From NCBI GenBank assembly GCA_964202905.1, contig CAXNJO010000003.1, positions 608,001 to 672,000 of the forward strand: a stretch of 64,000 nt of DNA. Reading direction: 5' to 3'. Made by a program: the position numbers and the translations under genes. The DNA is from Polyangiales bacterium (GTDB lineage Bacteria; Myxococcota_A; Polyangia; Polyangiales; JADJQN01). Below the pieces are notes generated by a model. The model saw only the letters and a list, made by a program, of their open reading frames with translations. It made no database searches and was not told the DNA's origin. Below, piece by piece: positions 21,203 to 33,423 of this stretch (position 1 is its first letter; every line of letters begins with the position of its first letter).

Positions 21203-22144
21203 ATGCTTCGACCCTCCCTTCGTGCCCGCTTGTCACCGGTCTCCGCCGCCCTCGCCCTCACCGCCCTCGCCCTCGCCGCGCCGTCGGCCACGCACGCGCA
21301 GGACACGGGCGGCGGCGCCTCGACCTCTGCCTCCGATTCGGTGACGACCCCGACCGAGGGAAGCGGCGGCACCGGCGATCCCTCGCTCACCGACGAGCAG
21401 GCGCTCGCCAACGAAGGCAGCGGCGGCGCGACGCCCCCGCGCGACAGCACCGACCCCTTCGAAGATCCGCACGAGGGCTACTACTTCGTCGGCCTGATGT
21501 ACCGGCAGACGGTCGTCCCGCAGTTCATGCAGGGCCTGTTCGTGGACGGCGGCGCGGTCGTCTCGAACCCGGGCTTCGGCGGGCAGTTCGAGTACCGCAA
21601 GAACAATTTCAGCATCCTCGGCAACCTTTGGTGGCAGGACTTCGCGTTCAACGGGCCCTACCGCGAGGCGGGCGACCCGGCGACGAACACCGAGATCCTC
21701 GACTCGGGCTGGTCGATCCTCTTCGCGTCGGCCGCGTTCCTGTGGTCGACCCCGTTCAACGACGTGGTCGCGCTCGAGTACGGCATCGACGTCGGCCTCG
21801 GCGTCGTGCTCGGCAACGGCGTGCGCACCGAGGGCTTCTCGACGGACGGCAACCGCACGTTCACCGCGTGCAACGGCGCCCGCGACCCGCGCGACACGGG
21901 CGGCGGCTACTGCACCGCGCCGATCGGCGGCGGCGCGACCGACCCCGACGGCCAGGACGGCGAGCACTACGGCGTCGTCTCCCGTAAGTGGTCCGACGGC
22001 GGCAGCGTCCCGAACGTGATCCCGTGGCTCGGCCTCCCGCACATCGCGCTGCGCATCAAGCCCATCCACCAGGTGCAGATCCGCATCGACGGCGGCTTCT
22101 TCGGCGGCTTCTGGTTCGGCGCGTCGCTCAGCTACGGCATCTGA
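21203..22144 (+). CDS. Secreted/outer-membrane beta-barrel-like hypothetical protein
   Basis: Signal peptide ending THAQ; amphipathic strands; C-terminal FGASLSYGI. Confidence 0.65.
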   Translation: MLRPSLRARLSPVSAALALTALALAAPSATHAQDTGGGASTSASDSVTTPTEGSGGTGDPSLTDEQALANEGSGGATPPRDSTDPFEDPHEGYYFVGLMYRQTVVPQFMQGLFVDGGAVVSNPGFGGQFEYRKNNFSILGNLWWQDFAFNGPYREAGDPATNTEILDSGWSILFASAAFLWSTPFNDVVALEYGIDVGLGVVLGNGVRTEGFSTDGNRTFTACNGARDPRDTGGGYCTAPIGGGATDPDGQDGEHYGVVSRKWSDGGSVPNVIPWLGLPHIALRIKPIHQVQIRIDGGFFGGFWFGASLSYGI

Positions 22145-22150
22145 CCGTCG

Positions 22151-23539
22151 TCAGAGCATCCCGGCCGCGGCGAGCAGATCGATCAGCGCGAGCTGCCGCT
22201 CGACCGCGCGCAGCAGCAGCGTCGATTCCGTCTGCGCTAGCTGCCGTCCCGCCTCGTCGAGCTCCACGCCCGTCGCCGCGCCTGCGGCGTACGCGAGCCC
22301 CGCGCGCTCGAGGTTCTGCCGGGCGAGCGCGACGCCCTGCTCGGCGAGCGTGATGGCGCGCGCGGCCGTCTCCGCGCGTCGGTACGCGTCGCGCACCTGC
22401 ACGCGCACGCTCCGCCGGATCTGCGCGGCGCGCTCCTCGGCGTCGGTGAGCTGCGCGCGCGCGTCGTCCATCGCGCCGTAGCGCGCGCCGCCGTCGAAGA
22501 GCGGCACGACGAGCGAGGCGAGCGCCGTCCATTGCGTCGTCGTCGGGTTGAAGATCGTCGTCGGCCCACGGTAGACCCCGACCCACGAGAGGTTCAGCGA
22601 GGGCACGTAGCGCATCCACGCGTCGTCGATCTGCAATCGCGCGGTGTCGCGCGTCGCCTCGAGCACGCGCAGATCTGGGCGCGTCGCGAGCGCACGGTCG
22701 AGATAACGACCGAGCGGCTCCTCCGGCGCGGGCGGCGGCGCGTCCTCGGCGTCGACGGGCTCGTCCTGCCCGAGCGCCTGCCCGAGCAGATCCCACTGCT
22801 GCGCGAGCTGCGCGTCGGCCGCCTCCGCCCGCTGCCGCGCCTCGAGCGCCCCGAGCTCGGCGCGCGTGCGATCGAGCGGCACCGCCGCGCCCGCCGCGAT
22901 CCGCGCGGCGACCGTCTCCGATTGCCGCATCGCCGTCGCGAGCTGCGTGCGCGCGAGCAGCGCGCTCTGCCGCGCCGCGAGAACGGCGAAATACACGCGG
23001 GCGACCGCGGCGCGCACGAGCCGTGACGTCTCTTCGACGCGGAGCCGCGCGGCGCGCGTGTTCGCGGCGGCGACGCGCGTCGCGTTCCAGCTGCGCAGCG
23101 AGAGCGACTCCTGCACCTGCAGGTCGAGGTCGTAGCCGTAGCGGGGCCGGATCACGCCCGCGATGTTGCGCACCTCGCGGTCGAAGACGTTGAGGTTCAC
23201 GACGCCGTTCACGGTGGGCAGCAGCGTCGCAAGCGCCGTACGCTCGGCCGCCTGCGCGCGCCGCACGGCGACCTCCGCGAGCCGCGCATCGCCCGCCTCG
23301 CGCGAGGCCGCGCGCATCGCCTCGACGAGCCCGATGCGCCGCGCGGGCGGCGTCGGCAGCGCAGGCACATCGATGGCCGCGAGCGGACCGCCGAGCGCGG
23401 CCTGCGCTGTCGCAGCGGCCGGAGGCGCCGTCACAGCGGGCCTCGCATCGCGGTCCTGCGCCCGCGCGCACGGTGCCGCGAGCGCCGCCCCACAGAGCGC
23501 GGCGGCAGCGACGAGATGACTCGCGCGGCGTCCCTTCAT
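22151..23539 (-). CDS. TolC-family outer membrane efflux protein
   Basis: Signal peptide; two OEP repeats (LLPTV.., YVPSLNL..VPLFDGG, YAAGAAT). Confidence 0.9.
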   Translation of the reverse strand: MKGRRASHLVAAAALCGAALAAPCARAQDRDARPAVTAPPAAATAQAALGGPLAAIDVPALPTPPARRIGLVEAMRAASREAGDARLAEVAVRRAQAAERTALATLLPTVNGVVNLNVFDREVRNIAGVIRPRYGYDLDLQVQESLSLRSWNATRVAAANTRAARLRVEETSRLVRAAVARVYFAVLAARQSALLARTQLATAMRQSETVAARIAAGAAVPLDRTRAELGALEARQRAEAADAQLAQQWDLLGQALGQDEPVDAEDAPPPAPEEPLGRYLDRALATRPDLRVLEATRDTARLQIDDAWMRYVPSLNLSWVGVYRGPTTIFNPTTTQWTALASLVVPLFDGGARYGAMDDARAQLTDAEERAAQIRRSVRVQVRDAYRRAETAARAITLAEQGVALARQNLERAGLAYAAGAATGVELDEAGRQLAQTESTLLLRAVERQLALIDLLAAAGML

Positions 23540-23662
23540 ACGGCGCGACGATGGCACGCGCGCCGCGCCTGTCCACGTCGCTCCGCACTCGCACTGCGCA
23601 GGGGTGGCGGCACCGCGCCTGACGCCTATGCTCGCGCCCGCGCGACACGCCGCGCAGCGCGC

Positions 23663-24801
23663 ATGATCTCCCGTCGCCCCACCACGCGCTTCGCGCGCCT
23701 CGCCCTCGCGGCGCTCCTCGCGCTCTCGTGCGCGTGCGGCGGGAAATCCGGCGCTCCCGGCGGCGGCGGGCCCGGCGCACCGGGCGGCGGGGCGAAGCGC
23801 GCACGCGGGCCGCGCGTCGTGGTAGCCGCACACCCGACGGCGACCCAGTGGCCCCGCACGGTGCTGCTGCACGGCACGCTCGAGGCGTCAGAGTCCGTCG
23901 AGCTCGCCGCGCGCGTCGAGGGCCCGCTCGACGAGGTGCGCGCGGATCTCGGCGACGTCGTCGCACCGGGCGCGGTGCTCGCCCGCGTCGCGACGGCCGA
24001 CTTCGCCACGCGCGATGCGCGCGCCGCCGCCGAGCTCGCGCAGTCGGAGTCCGAGCTCGCACGCACCGAACAGCTCGCGGCCTCCCAACTCGCACCCGCA
24101 CAAGCCATCGAGCAGGCACGCACCCGCGTCGCCGTCGCCCGCGCCGAACGCGCCCTCACCGCGCAGAAGCTCGCCGACACCGCCGTCCGCGCGCCCTTTC
24201 GCGGGGCGATCGCGCGGCGCTTCGTCTCGCGCGGGGCCTTCGTGCGCGTCGGCACGCCGCTCTTCGCGCTCGTCGCCGTCGACACGCTGCGCCTCGTGCT
24301 CGAGGTGCCCGAGCGCTACGCGCGCGACGTCCACGCGGGCGACGCCGTGCGTGTACGCGACGACGCCGCCCCCGCGAGCGCCGACGTCACGGCCACGCTC
24401 ACGCGCCTCTCGCCCATCGTCGATCCCGCGCGACGCACCTTCCGCGCCGAGGCCACCGTTCCGGGCGACGCGGGGCTGCGCCCCGGCATGTTCGTCACCG
24501 CGTCGCTCGCTCTCGGCGCGCCGCTCGACGCCGTGCGCGTGCCGCGGAGCGCCGTGTTCACCGTGCTCGGGCAGGAGCGCGTCGTGCGCGTCACGGGCGA
24601 TCGCGCCACGCCCGCCGACATCACGCTGATCGGCGAAGACGGCGCAGATGCCATCGTCCAAGGTGTCAGCGCCTCCGACCTCGTCGTGACGCGCAGCGCA
24701 GCAGGCCTCGCGCCGGGCACCGCCGTGCGCATCGAGGTCGAGGGCGCACGCGCCGCGCCGACCGCAGCGCCGCGCGGAGAGGGCGCGGAGCCCGCGCGCC
24801 G

Positions 24802-24805
<4 letters not shown>
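23663..24805 (+). CDS. RND efflux periplasmic adaptor (MFP)
   Basis: Lipoprotein signal; ARVEG..DLGD.V..G lipoyl half; VRAPFRG; LRPGMF. Confidence 0.92.
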
Positions 24806-27883
<3,078 letters not shown>

Positions 27884-28370
27884 CCACCACGGGCCGGTCG
27901 GCTCAGCGGCGTGCGGACCGACTCCTGCTCTCGGCCAACCAGCGAGCCAGGCTCTCGGCGAGCCTCTCGTCGGGCGCGGCGCCTGCAAGTCGCTCCGAGA
28001 GCGCGCGGGCGCGGGGCGATCGTCGACCGCGACCGCCCGCGAGGACTCGCCCAGCACGGACGCAAACGCGGATTCGGGGAAGGTCCAGAGACGCAACGTC
28101 CTCGACATCGAGTGCACGACCTGAATGCCATTGCGCACCACGAGGCATCGCCGCGGCGCCGTCCGTGAGGTCGTCGAATCCGTACTGCGTCCGAAACTCC
28201 CGGGGGAGCAGCACGGGCATCGGCTCGTGGAAGGCTGGCGCGCCGCGATGCGGGTGGCGCAGCACCGTGGACAGCCACGTGCTCCCAGCGTGGCCTGTGC
28301 TGAATACCTAGTACCACATGGCTGGTCGTCCTGGGCGGAGAGGGAGGCCCCACCCTTGGGCACCCATTCC

Positions 28371-28552
28371 CCATCCACGACACGCGGTCATCGATCCCCG
28401 CCGTCTCCATCGCGGTGCGGAAGGTGGTGTCCATCGCGTCCCGCACGGCGTCGCGCGCGCGCCCCCATCGCCGCGGACTCGTCGGGCAACACGATCACGT
28501 CGATGGGCAGGCGCACCGTGGTGCCCATCGCCTCGACGCCGGTGCAGACGAG
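28371..28552 (-). pseudogene. Diverged partial copy (about 180 bp) of the vWA gene segment 30481-30661
   Basis: Direct alignment by eye gives about 11 substitutions and 1 indel; encodes VCTGVEAMGTTVRLPIDVIVLPDES.. then frameshifts. Confidence 0.9.
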
Positions 28553-28872
28553 AGCAGCGGGTTGCCTGGCGCGGGCGCAGGCTGCGGCCTGCGCGCCGGT
28601 CTGTCTGGCGACGGAGTCAGAGGAGTCGTCGTCGTGGGATCTTCCGAGCCCGCGGCGCAGCGCTGGCCCTGCTGGGTTGGCCGGGCGCATCCCGTGACGA
28701 ACAGGAGACCGGCGGGGATGGAGGCGATCTTGGTGAGCGCATGCTTCGTGGGAGCGTCCGTCTTCGAAGGCGAGACAGGCGGACGCGACCGCTCGTTACA
28801 GCGCCCGCGCTCCAGCGACCGGACCCGGATAACATCGCGCGCTCACACGCGAAGAGACCAAGGAGCCAGGCG

Positions 28873-29196
28873 ATGCGACAGTCGTTGAAGTGTCCGAAAT
28901 GCCAAGGGCAGCAGTTCCACCGGATTGGCGCGTGCACCGTTACAGCCCACGACAGCAACGGTACGGAGCCATTATCCGTCGCGGCGGCGTACCTGCCGAC
29001 AGGGGAGCGAGGGTTTCTCGGGGGAGAGGACCACGCGAGGTTCGTGGCACAGCTTCAGGCGGTCACGTGCTCGAGCTGTGGATTCACGGAATTCTACGTG
29101 GGAGAACTCGAGGTGCTCGCGTACATGGTGCAGCACACGGCGGGAGGGGTCAGGTTCATCGATGGATCGGTGGGGACCGGTGGCGCGTCCCGATAG
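28873..29196 (+). CDS. Small zinc-ribbon protein
   Basis: RBS AGGAG; CPKC...VTCSSCGFTEFY. Confidence 0.75.
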   Translation: MRQSLKCPKCQGQQFHRIGACTVTAHDSNGTEPLSVAAAYLPTGERGFLGGEDHARFVAQLQAVTCSSCGFTEFYVGELEVLAYMVQHTAGGVRFIDGSVGTGGASR

Positions 29197-29214
29197 GCAC
29201 GCGGGGCGAAGAAG

Positions 29215-29490
29215 TCAGTGCGCGCCCGACTCGGGGAGGCCGCAATCGGCGGCGTCGTCGCATGTCGCGGCGTCGCCAGCGGGCACGGTGGTGTCGAAGT
29301 CGAAGTCCTCGACCTCCAGGCCGGCGCCTCCTGCGACTGGGTTGGACGTGAAGGTCTTGCCTGCGCAGTCGATCTCGACTTCGATCAACCTTCCGTTTTG
29401 GATGGAGCCTTTGACCTCGCCGGTGGCTGGGGAGAAGTGGATGGTCGAGGTCAGCTCACCGGACTCTTGGAAGTAGTACTTGGCGGCCTC
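29215..29490 (-). pseudogene. Probable C-terminal fragment of an extracellular beta-rich protein
   Basis: KYYFQESGELT..GSIQNGRLIEVEID..FTSNPVAGG looks protein-like but lacks a credible start or signal peptide. Confidence 0.4.
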
Positions 29491-29719
29491 CCCGTCGGGG
29501 CCGAGATCTCTCCCTGGCCGCGCCGTGCGCAGCCCCTCGGCCCACGGTGCTCTCCGCTCAACCCACCACGAGCCGCAGCTGTCCATGCGCGGACGCTTGC
29601 AGCTCGGCGTCGGGCGGCGCTCTTGCGTATCCGCGCTCGTCGAACAACGGCAGCTGCGGCTGTGGGGGCGGTTTCACTGGAAGCGCGGCGAATCCAGCGC
29701 ATCGGCGTGAATCCCACCC

Positions 29720-30952
29720 TCAATACAACGACGGATCACACCCCGAGAGCACGCTGAGCGTCGCGTCGGCGTCGGCGGTCACGCGGGTGCAGGCGGACGG
29801 GCAGAGCGTGACGCGGTCGCCGTCGAGGAGGAAGCGGGTGTCGCTGCACTCGGCCGCGGACGCCGCGCGGAACAACACCTCCTCACCGCCGCTGCCCGTG
29901 CGATAGCGGACGGCGACGGTGCTCTCGTCGATGGTCATGCCGCCCATGGGCGGCGGCAAGACGAGCTCACAGGGCACCGCGGCGCGCGCGATGGCCGACT
30001 CGGCGATGCGCTGGAAGACACCATTGAAGAGGTCGAAGCGGCAGAGCGGGAATCGCAATCCCCCCGTGCGCTGCGCGATTTGCTGCAAGGTGGGTGGGTT
30101 GTCGAAGCCGCCTGAGCACGAGCCCGACACGAGCGGATCCGCAGGCAGATAGGGCATCTCGGGCGGGGAATTGACCGTGAGTCCGGCGAAGGTGTTGTAC
30201 GAGAACCGCGGCGCGCCCGCGGTGCCCCACAAGCCTGCATCCCGGGCGAAGAGCACCTGATCGAAGGTGCCCGCATATCCCGAGATCGACGCGCCCGTGC
30301 CCGAGGTCGCGTCGGTGAAGTGGACGAAGACTTTGATCGCGTCGGTGCGCAGCGTCGGGGCCCACGAATCGTAGATGTCGAGCACGGGTTTGAACATCGC
30401 CCCATCGCCGCTGCCGAGCGACACCGCCGGATAGTTCGTGATCCGCCCGGCGGCCATCAGCGAGGGCAGCGTCGTGCGGCCCATCCACAACACGCGGTAA
30501 TCGATCCCTGCCGTCTCCATCGCGGTGCGGAAGGTGGTGTCCATCGCGTCCCGCACGGCGTCGCGCGCGGGGCCCATCGAGGCGGACTCGTCGGGCAACA
30601 CGATGACGTCGATCGGCAGGCGCACCGTGGTGCCCATCGCCTCGACGCCCGTGCACACGAGATCCGGCGGCGCCGCGTCGAAGCCCGCGAGGTCCGGGCC
30701 GCCGCCCCCGCCGCCCGCATCGCCCCGGTCGACCTCGCCGCCGGCGTCCATCCCACCGGCGTCCATCGGTGCGACGCAGCGACCATCCACACAGGTGCTC
30801 GCGCCGCTGCAATCGCGCGTCGTCGTGCAGCGGCCGCGCACGGGCGCCGGCGCATCCTCCGAGCAGGCGCCGAGCAGCAGCGCCAGCAGGAGGGCCGCAG
30901 TGGTTGAACCAGTCGCACCGAACGTTGCGCGAGACTGATGGCAATCGTGCAT
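29720..30952 (-). CDS. vWA-domain lipoprotein
   Basis: LGAC lipobox, Cys-rich N-terminus, MIDAS DESAS, FVHFTD, C-terminal CPSAC..GC module. Confidence 0.85.
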   Translation of the reverse strand: MHDCHQSRATFGATGSTTAALLLALLLGACSEDAPAPVRGRCTTTRDCSGASTCVDGRCVAPMDAGGMDAGGEVDRGDAGGGGGGPDLAGFDAAPPDLVCTGVEAMGTTVRLPIDVIVLPDESASMGPARDAVRDAMDTTFRTAMETAGIDYRVLWMGRTTLPSLMAAGRITNYPAVSLGSGDGAMFKPVLDIYDSWAPTLRTDAIKVFVHFTDATSGTGASISGYAGTFDQVLFARDAGLWGTAGAPRFSYNTFAGLTVNSPPEMPYLPADPLVSGSCSGGFDNPPTLQQIAQRTGGLRFPLCRFDLFNGVFQRIAESAIARAAVPCELVLPPPMGGMTIDESTVAVRYRTGSGGEEVLFRAASAAECSDTRFLLDGDRVTLCPSACTRVTADADATLSVLSGCDPSLY

Positions 30953-31032
30953 GGCGAGAGAGGACCGCGCCCCGGCGCACTTGTCCATCCCCACCCTTGC
31001 GGACCGCGCGATGGCACCCTCATGCTCCCACG

Positions 31033-32433
31033 ATGCCTCCGCTCGACGCCCCGCACACCGATCTCGCCGCCATCCCCGCGCTCGTCGTGGACGTACGCCG
31101 CTTCTTCGACACGGGCGGCACGCGCCCGATCGCGTGGCGCCGCAAGCAGCTCGAGCGGCTGCTCGCCCTCGTCACCGAGCGCGAAACGGAGTTGTGCGAG
31201 GCCGTCGCGGCCGACTTCGGCAAACCTCGCTTCGAGGCGTGGGCGACGGAGACGGGCTTCGTCGCCTCGGACGTGAAACACACGCTCGCGAAGCTCGCGC
31301 GCTGGATGCGCCCCGAGCGCGCGCCTACGAACCTCACCGCGATGCCGGGCAGCAGCCGCATCGTGCGCGAGCCGCTCGGCTGCGTGCTCATCATCGCGCC
31401 CTGGAACTACCCCATTCAGCTCGTGCTCTCGCCGCTCGCGGCCGCGCTCGCCGCCGGCAACTGCGCGGTGCTCAAGCCCTCCGAGCTCACCCCGCACGTG
31501 AGCGCCGTGCTCGCGAAGCTCGTCCCCGAATACCTCGATCGCGAGGCCGTGCGCGTCGTCGGCGGCGCGGTCGAGGAGACGACGGCCCTGCTCCGCGAGC
31601 GCTGGGATCACATCTTCTTCACGGGCGGCGGCACGGTCGGCCGCGTCGTGATGGAAGCGGCCGCCAAGCACCTCACGCCCGTCACGCTCGAGCTCGGCGG
31701 CAAGAGCCCGTGCATCGTCGACGACGACGTCGACATGGAGACGGCCGCGCGCCGCATCGTCTGGGGCAAGTTCGTCAATGCAGGCCAGACCTGCGTCGCC
31801 CCCGACTACGTGCTCGTCCACCGCAAGGTCGAGGGCGCGCTGCTCGACGCGATGAAGAAGGTCCTCACCGAGTTCTACGGCGCGGACCCGCAACAGAGCC
31901 CCGACCTCACGCGCATCGTCAGCGCGCGGCACCACGCGCGCCTGGTCGCGCTGCTCGGCGATGGCGAGGTCGTCACGGGCGGCACGCACGACGCGGCGAC
32001 GCGCTACCTCGCGCCCACGATCCTCACGAAGGTGAAGCTCGACGGCGCCCTCATGCGCGACGAGATCTTCGGCCCGATTCTGCCCGTGATCCCCGTCGAC
32101 GGCGTCGACGAGGCGATTCGCTTCGTCCGCGCCCGCGAGAAGCCGCTCGCGCTCTACGTGTACTCACGCCGCCGCGCGACGGTCGACGATGTGCTCGCGC
32201 AGACGAGCTCCGGCGGCGTCTGCATCAACGACTGCCTCATACACCTCGGCGTGCACGAGTTGCCCTTCGGCGGCGTCGGCCCGAGCGGCATGGGCGCCTA
32301 CCACGGCAAGGCGGGATTCGAGTGTTTCAGCCACCGCAAAGCGGTGCTCGATCGCCCGACCTTCGTCGATCCGGTGCTGCGCTACCCGCCCTACAGCGCC
32401 GACCGCGAGCGCTGGGCGCGCCGCGTGCTCTGA
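31033..32433 (+). CDS. Aldehyde dehydrogenase (ALDH3-like)
   Basis: PWNYP, FTGG, LELGGKSP, NAGQTCVAPDY, EIFGP, PFGGVG. Confidence 0.95.
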   Translation: MPPLDAPHTDLAAIPALVVDVRRFFDTGGTRPIAWRRKQLERLLALVTERETELCEAVAADFGKPRFEAWATETGFVASDVKHTLAKLARWMRPERAPTNLTAMPGSSRIVREPLGCVLIIAPWNYPIQLVLSPLAAALAAGNCAVLKPSELTPHVSAVLAKLVPEYLDREAVRVVGGAVEETTALLRERWDHIFFTGGGTVGRVVMEAAAKHLTPVTLELGGKSPCIVDDDVDMETAARRIVWGKFVNAGQTCVAPDYVLVHRKVEGALLDAMKKVLTEFYGADPQQSPDLTRIVSARHHARLVALLGDGEVVTGGTHDAATRYLAPTILTKVKLDGALMRDEIFGPILPVIPVDGVDEAIRFVRAREKPLALYVYSRRRATVDDVLAQTSSGGVCINDCLIHLGVHELPFGGVGPSGMGAYHGKAGFECFSHRKAVLDRPTFVDPVLRYPPYSADRERWARRVL

Positions 32434-32446
32434 CGCGCGAATCCGC

Positions 32447-33349
32447 TCACTCGACGATCAGCGTCGCGAGCGAGGAGGCGTCGAATCCCGTGCGCGCGGA
32501 GGTGCCGGCCACGCACTCAAATTCCCAGGTCTCCGCGGGATTGATGATGTAGACGCCGCGCGCGGAAGGCGCCGTGAACGACGTGCTTCTGTCGAAGGTG
32601 GCATCGCTGGTGGTCGAGCCGAGACAGAGCGTGAAGACCCCGTTCATCCGCGCATAGAACTGCGTGATGCACGTGGGGCAGTTCGTGTTCGTATCCGTCC
32701 AGGACCCCGCGACGCGCAGGCTCACCACGGCCCCCGGCGCGACCGTCGCGACGGTGCGGCCGGTGCCGTTCAAATCAACGAGATCGAAGCGCGCATTGCG
32801 CCCGCGCGCGCTGTACGTGATTGGCGTCGCGGGCACGCACGCAACCGCAGCGCCCGTATCCGGCGCGCAGACGGCGCTCGTCCCCGCACACGACTCCGCC
32901 ACATCGCACGCCCCGACCGCGCTGCGACACACCGCTCCCGCAGCGACGAACGCATCCGGCGGACATTCGCGGCTCGCCCCATCGCACGACTCCGCGACGT
33001 CGCATTCCCCCACCCCCGCACGGCACGGCGTCGCGGCGGGCGCGGGCACTTCGATGCAACGCCCCGCATCGCAGCGTGACATCCCACAAGGGCCGGGGGC
33101 GTTAGGGCAATCCGCGTCGAGCACGCACTCGGGGGGCGGTCCCGCATCGCGCCCGGCATCCGGCGAATCCCCCGCATCCCGCGCATCGCCTGCGTCCCGC
33201 CCCGCATCACGCGGCTCGCCCGCGTCGCGACCTCCGTCGACGCGCGGTGTCCCGCCGTCGACCATCGGAGCGACCTCGTTCTGCATCAGCCCCGCGCGTT
33301 CGAGCGAGCAGGCAGCGAACACCAGCAGCCACGCATACCGTAGACGCAT
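32447..33349 (-). CDS. Lipoprotein with disintegrin-like Cys repeats
   Basis: FAAC lipobox; (RDAG)n linker; two CR..GxCDVAESCxG.S..C.PD units. Confidence 0.75.
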   Translation of the reverse strand: MRLRYAWLLVFAACSLERAGLMQNEVAPMVDGGTPRVDGGRDAGEPRDAGRDAGDARDAGDSPDAGRDAGPPPECVLDADCPNAPGPCGMSRCDAGRCIEVPAPAATPCRAGVGECDVAESCDGASRECPPDAFVAAGAVCRSAVGACDVAESCAGTSAVCAPDTGAAVACVPATPITYSARGRNARFDLVDLNGTGRTVATVAPGAVVSLRVAGSWTDTNTNCPTCITQFYARMNGVFTLCLGSTTSDATFDRSTSFTAPSARGVYIINPAETWEFECVAGTSARTGFDASSLATLIVE

Positions 33350-33423
33350 GCCCGCGAGGCTACCGGATTTTCGCGGGAAAGAGGCGGGGTTTCTGCGCGA
33401 ACCCCACCTGCACGCGGACCGCA

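Noticed and set aside
28371..30661. Diversity-generating retroelement TR/VR pair
   Set aside because: Mismatches are not adenine-specific on either strand, there is an indel, the segment is not C-terminal, and there is no reverse transcriptase in the window.
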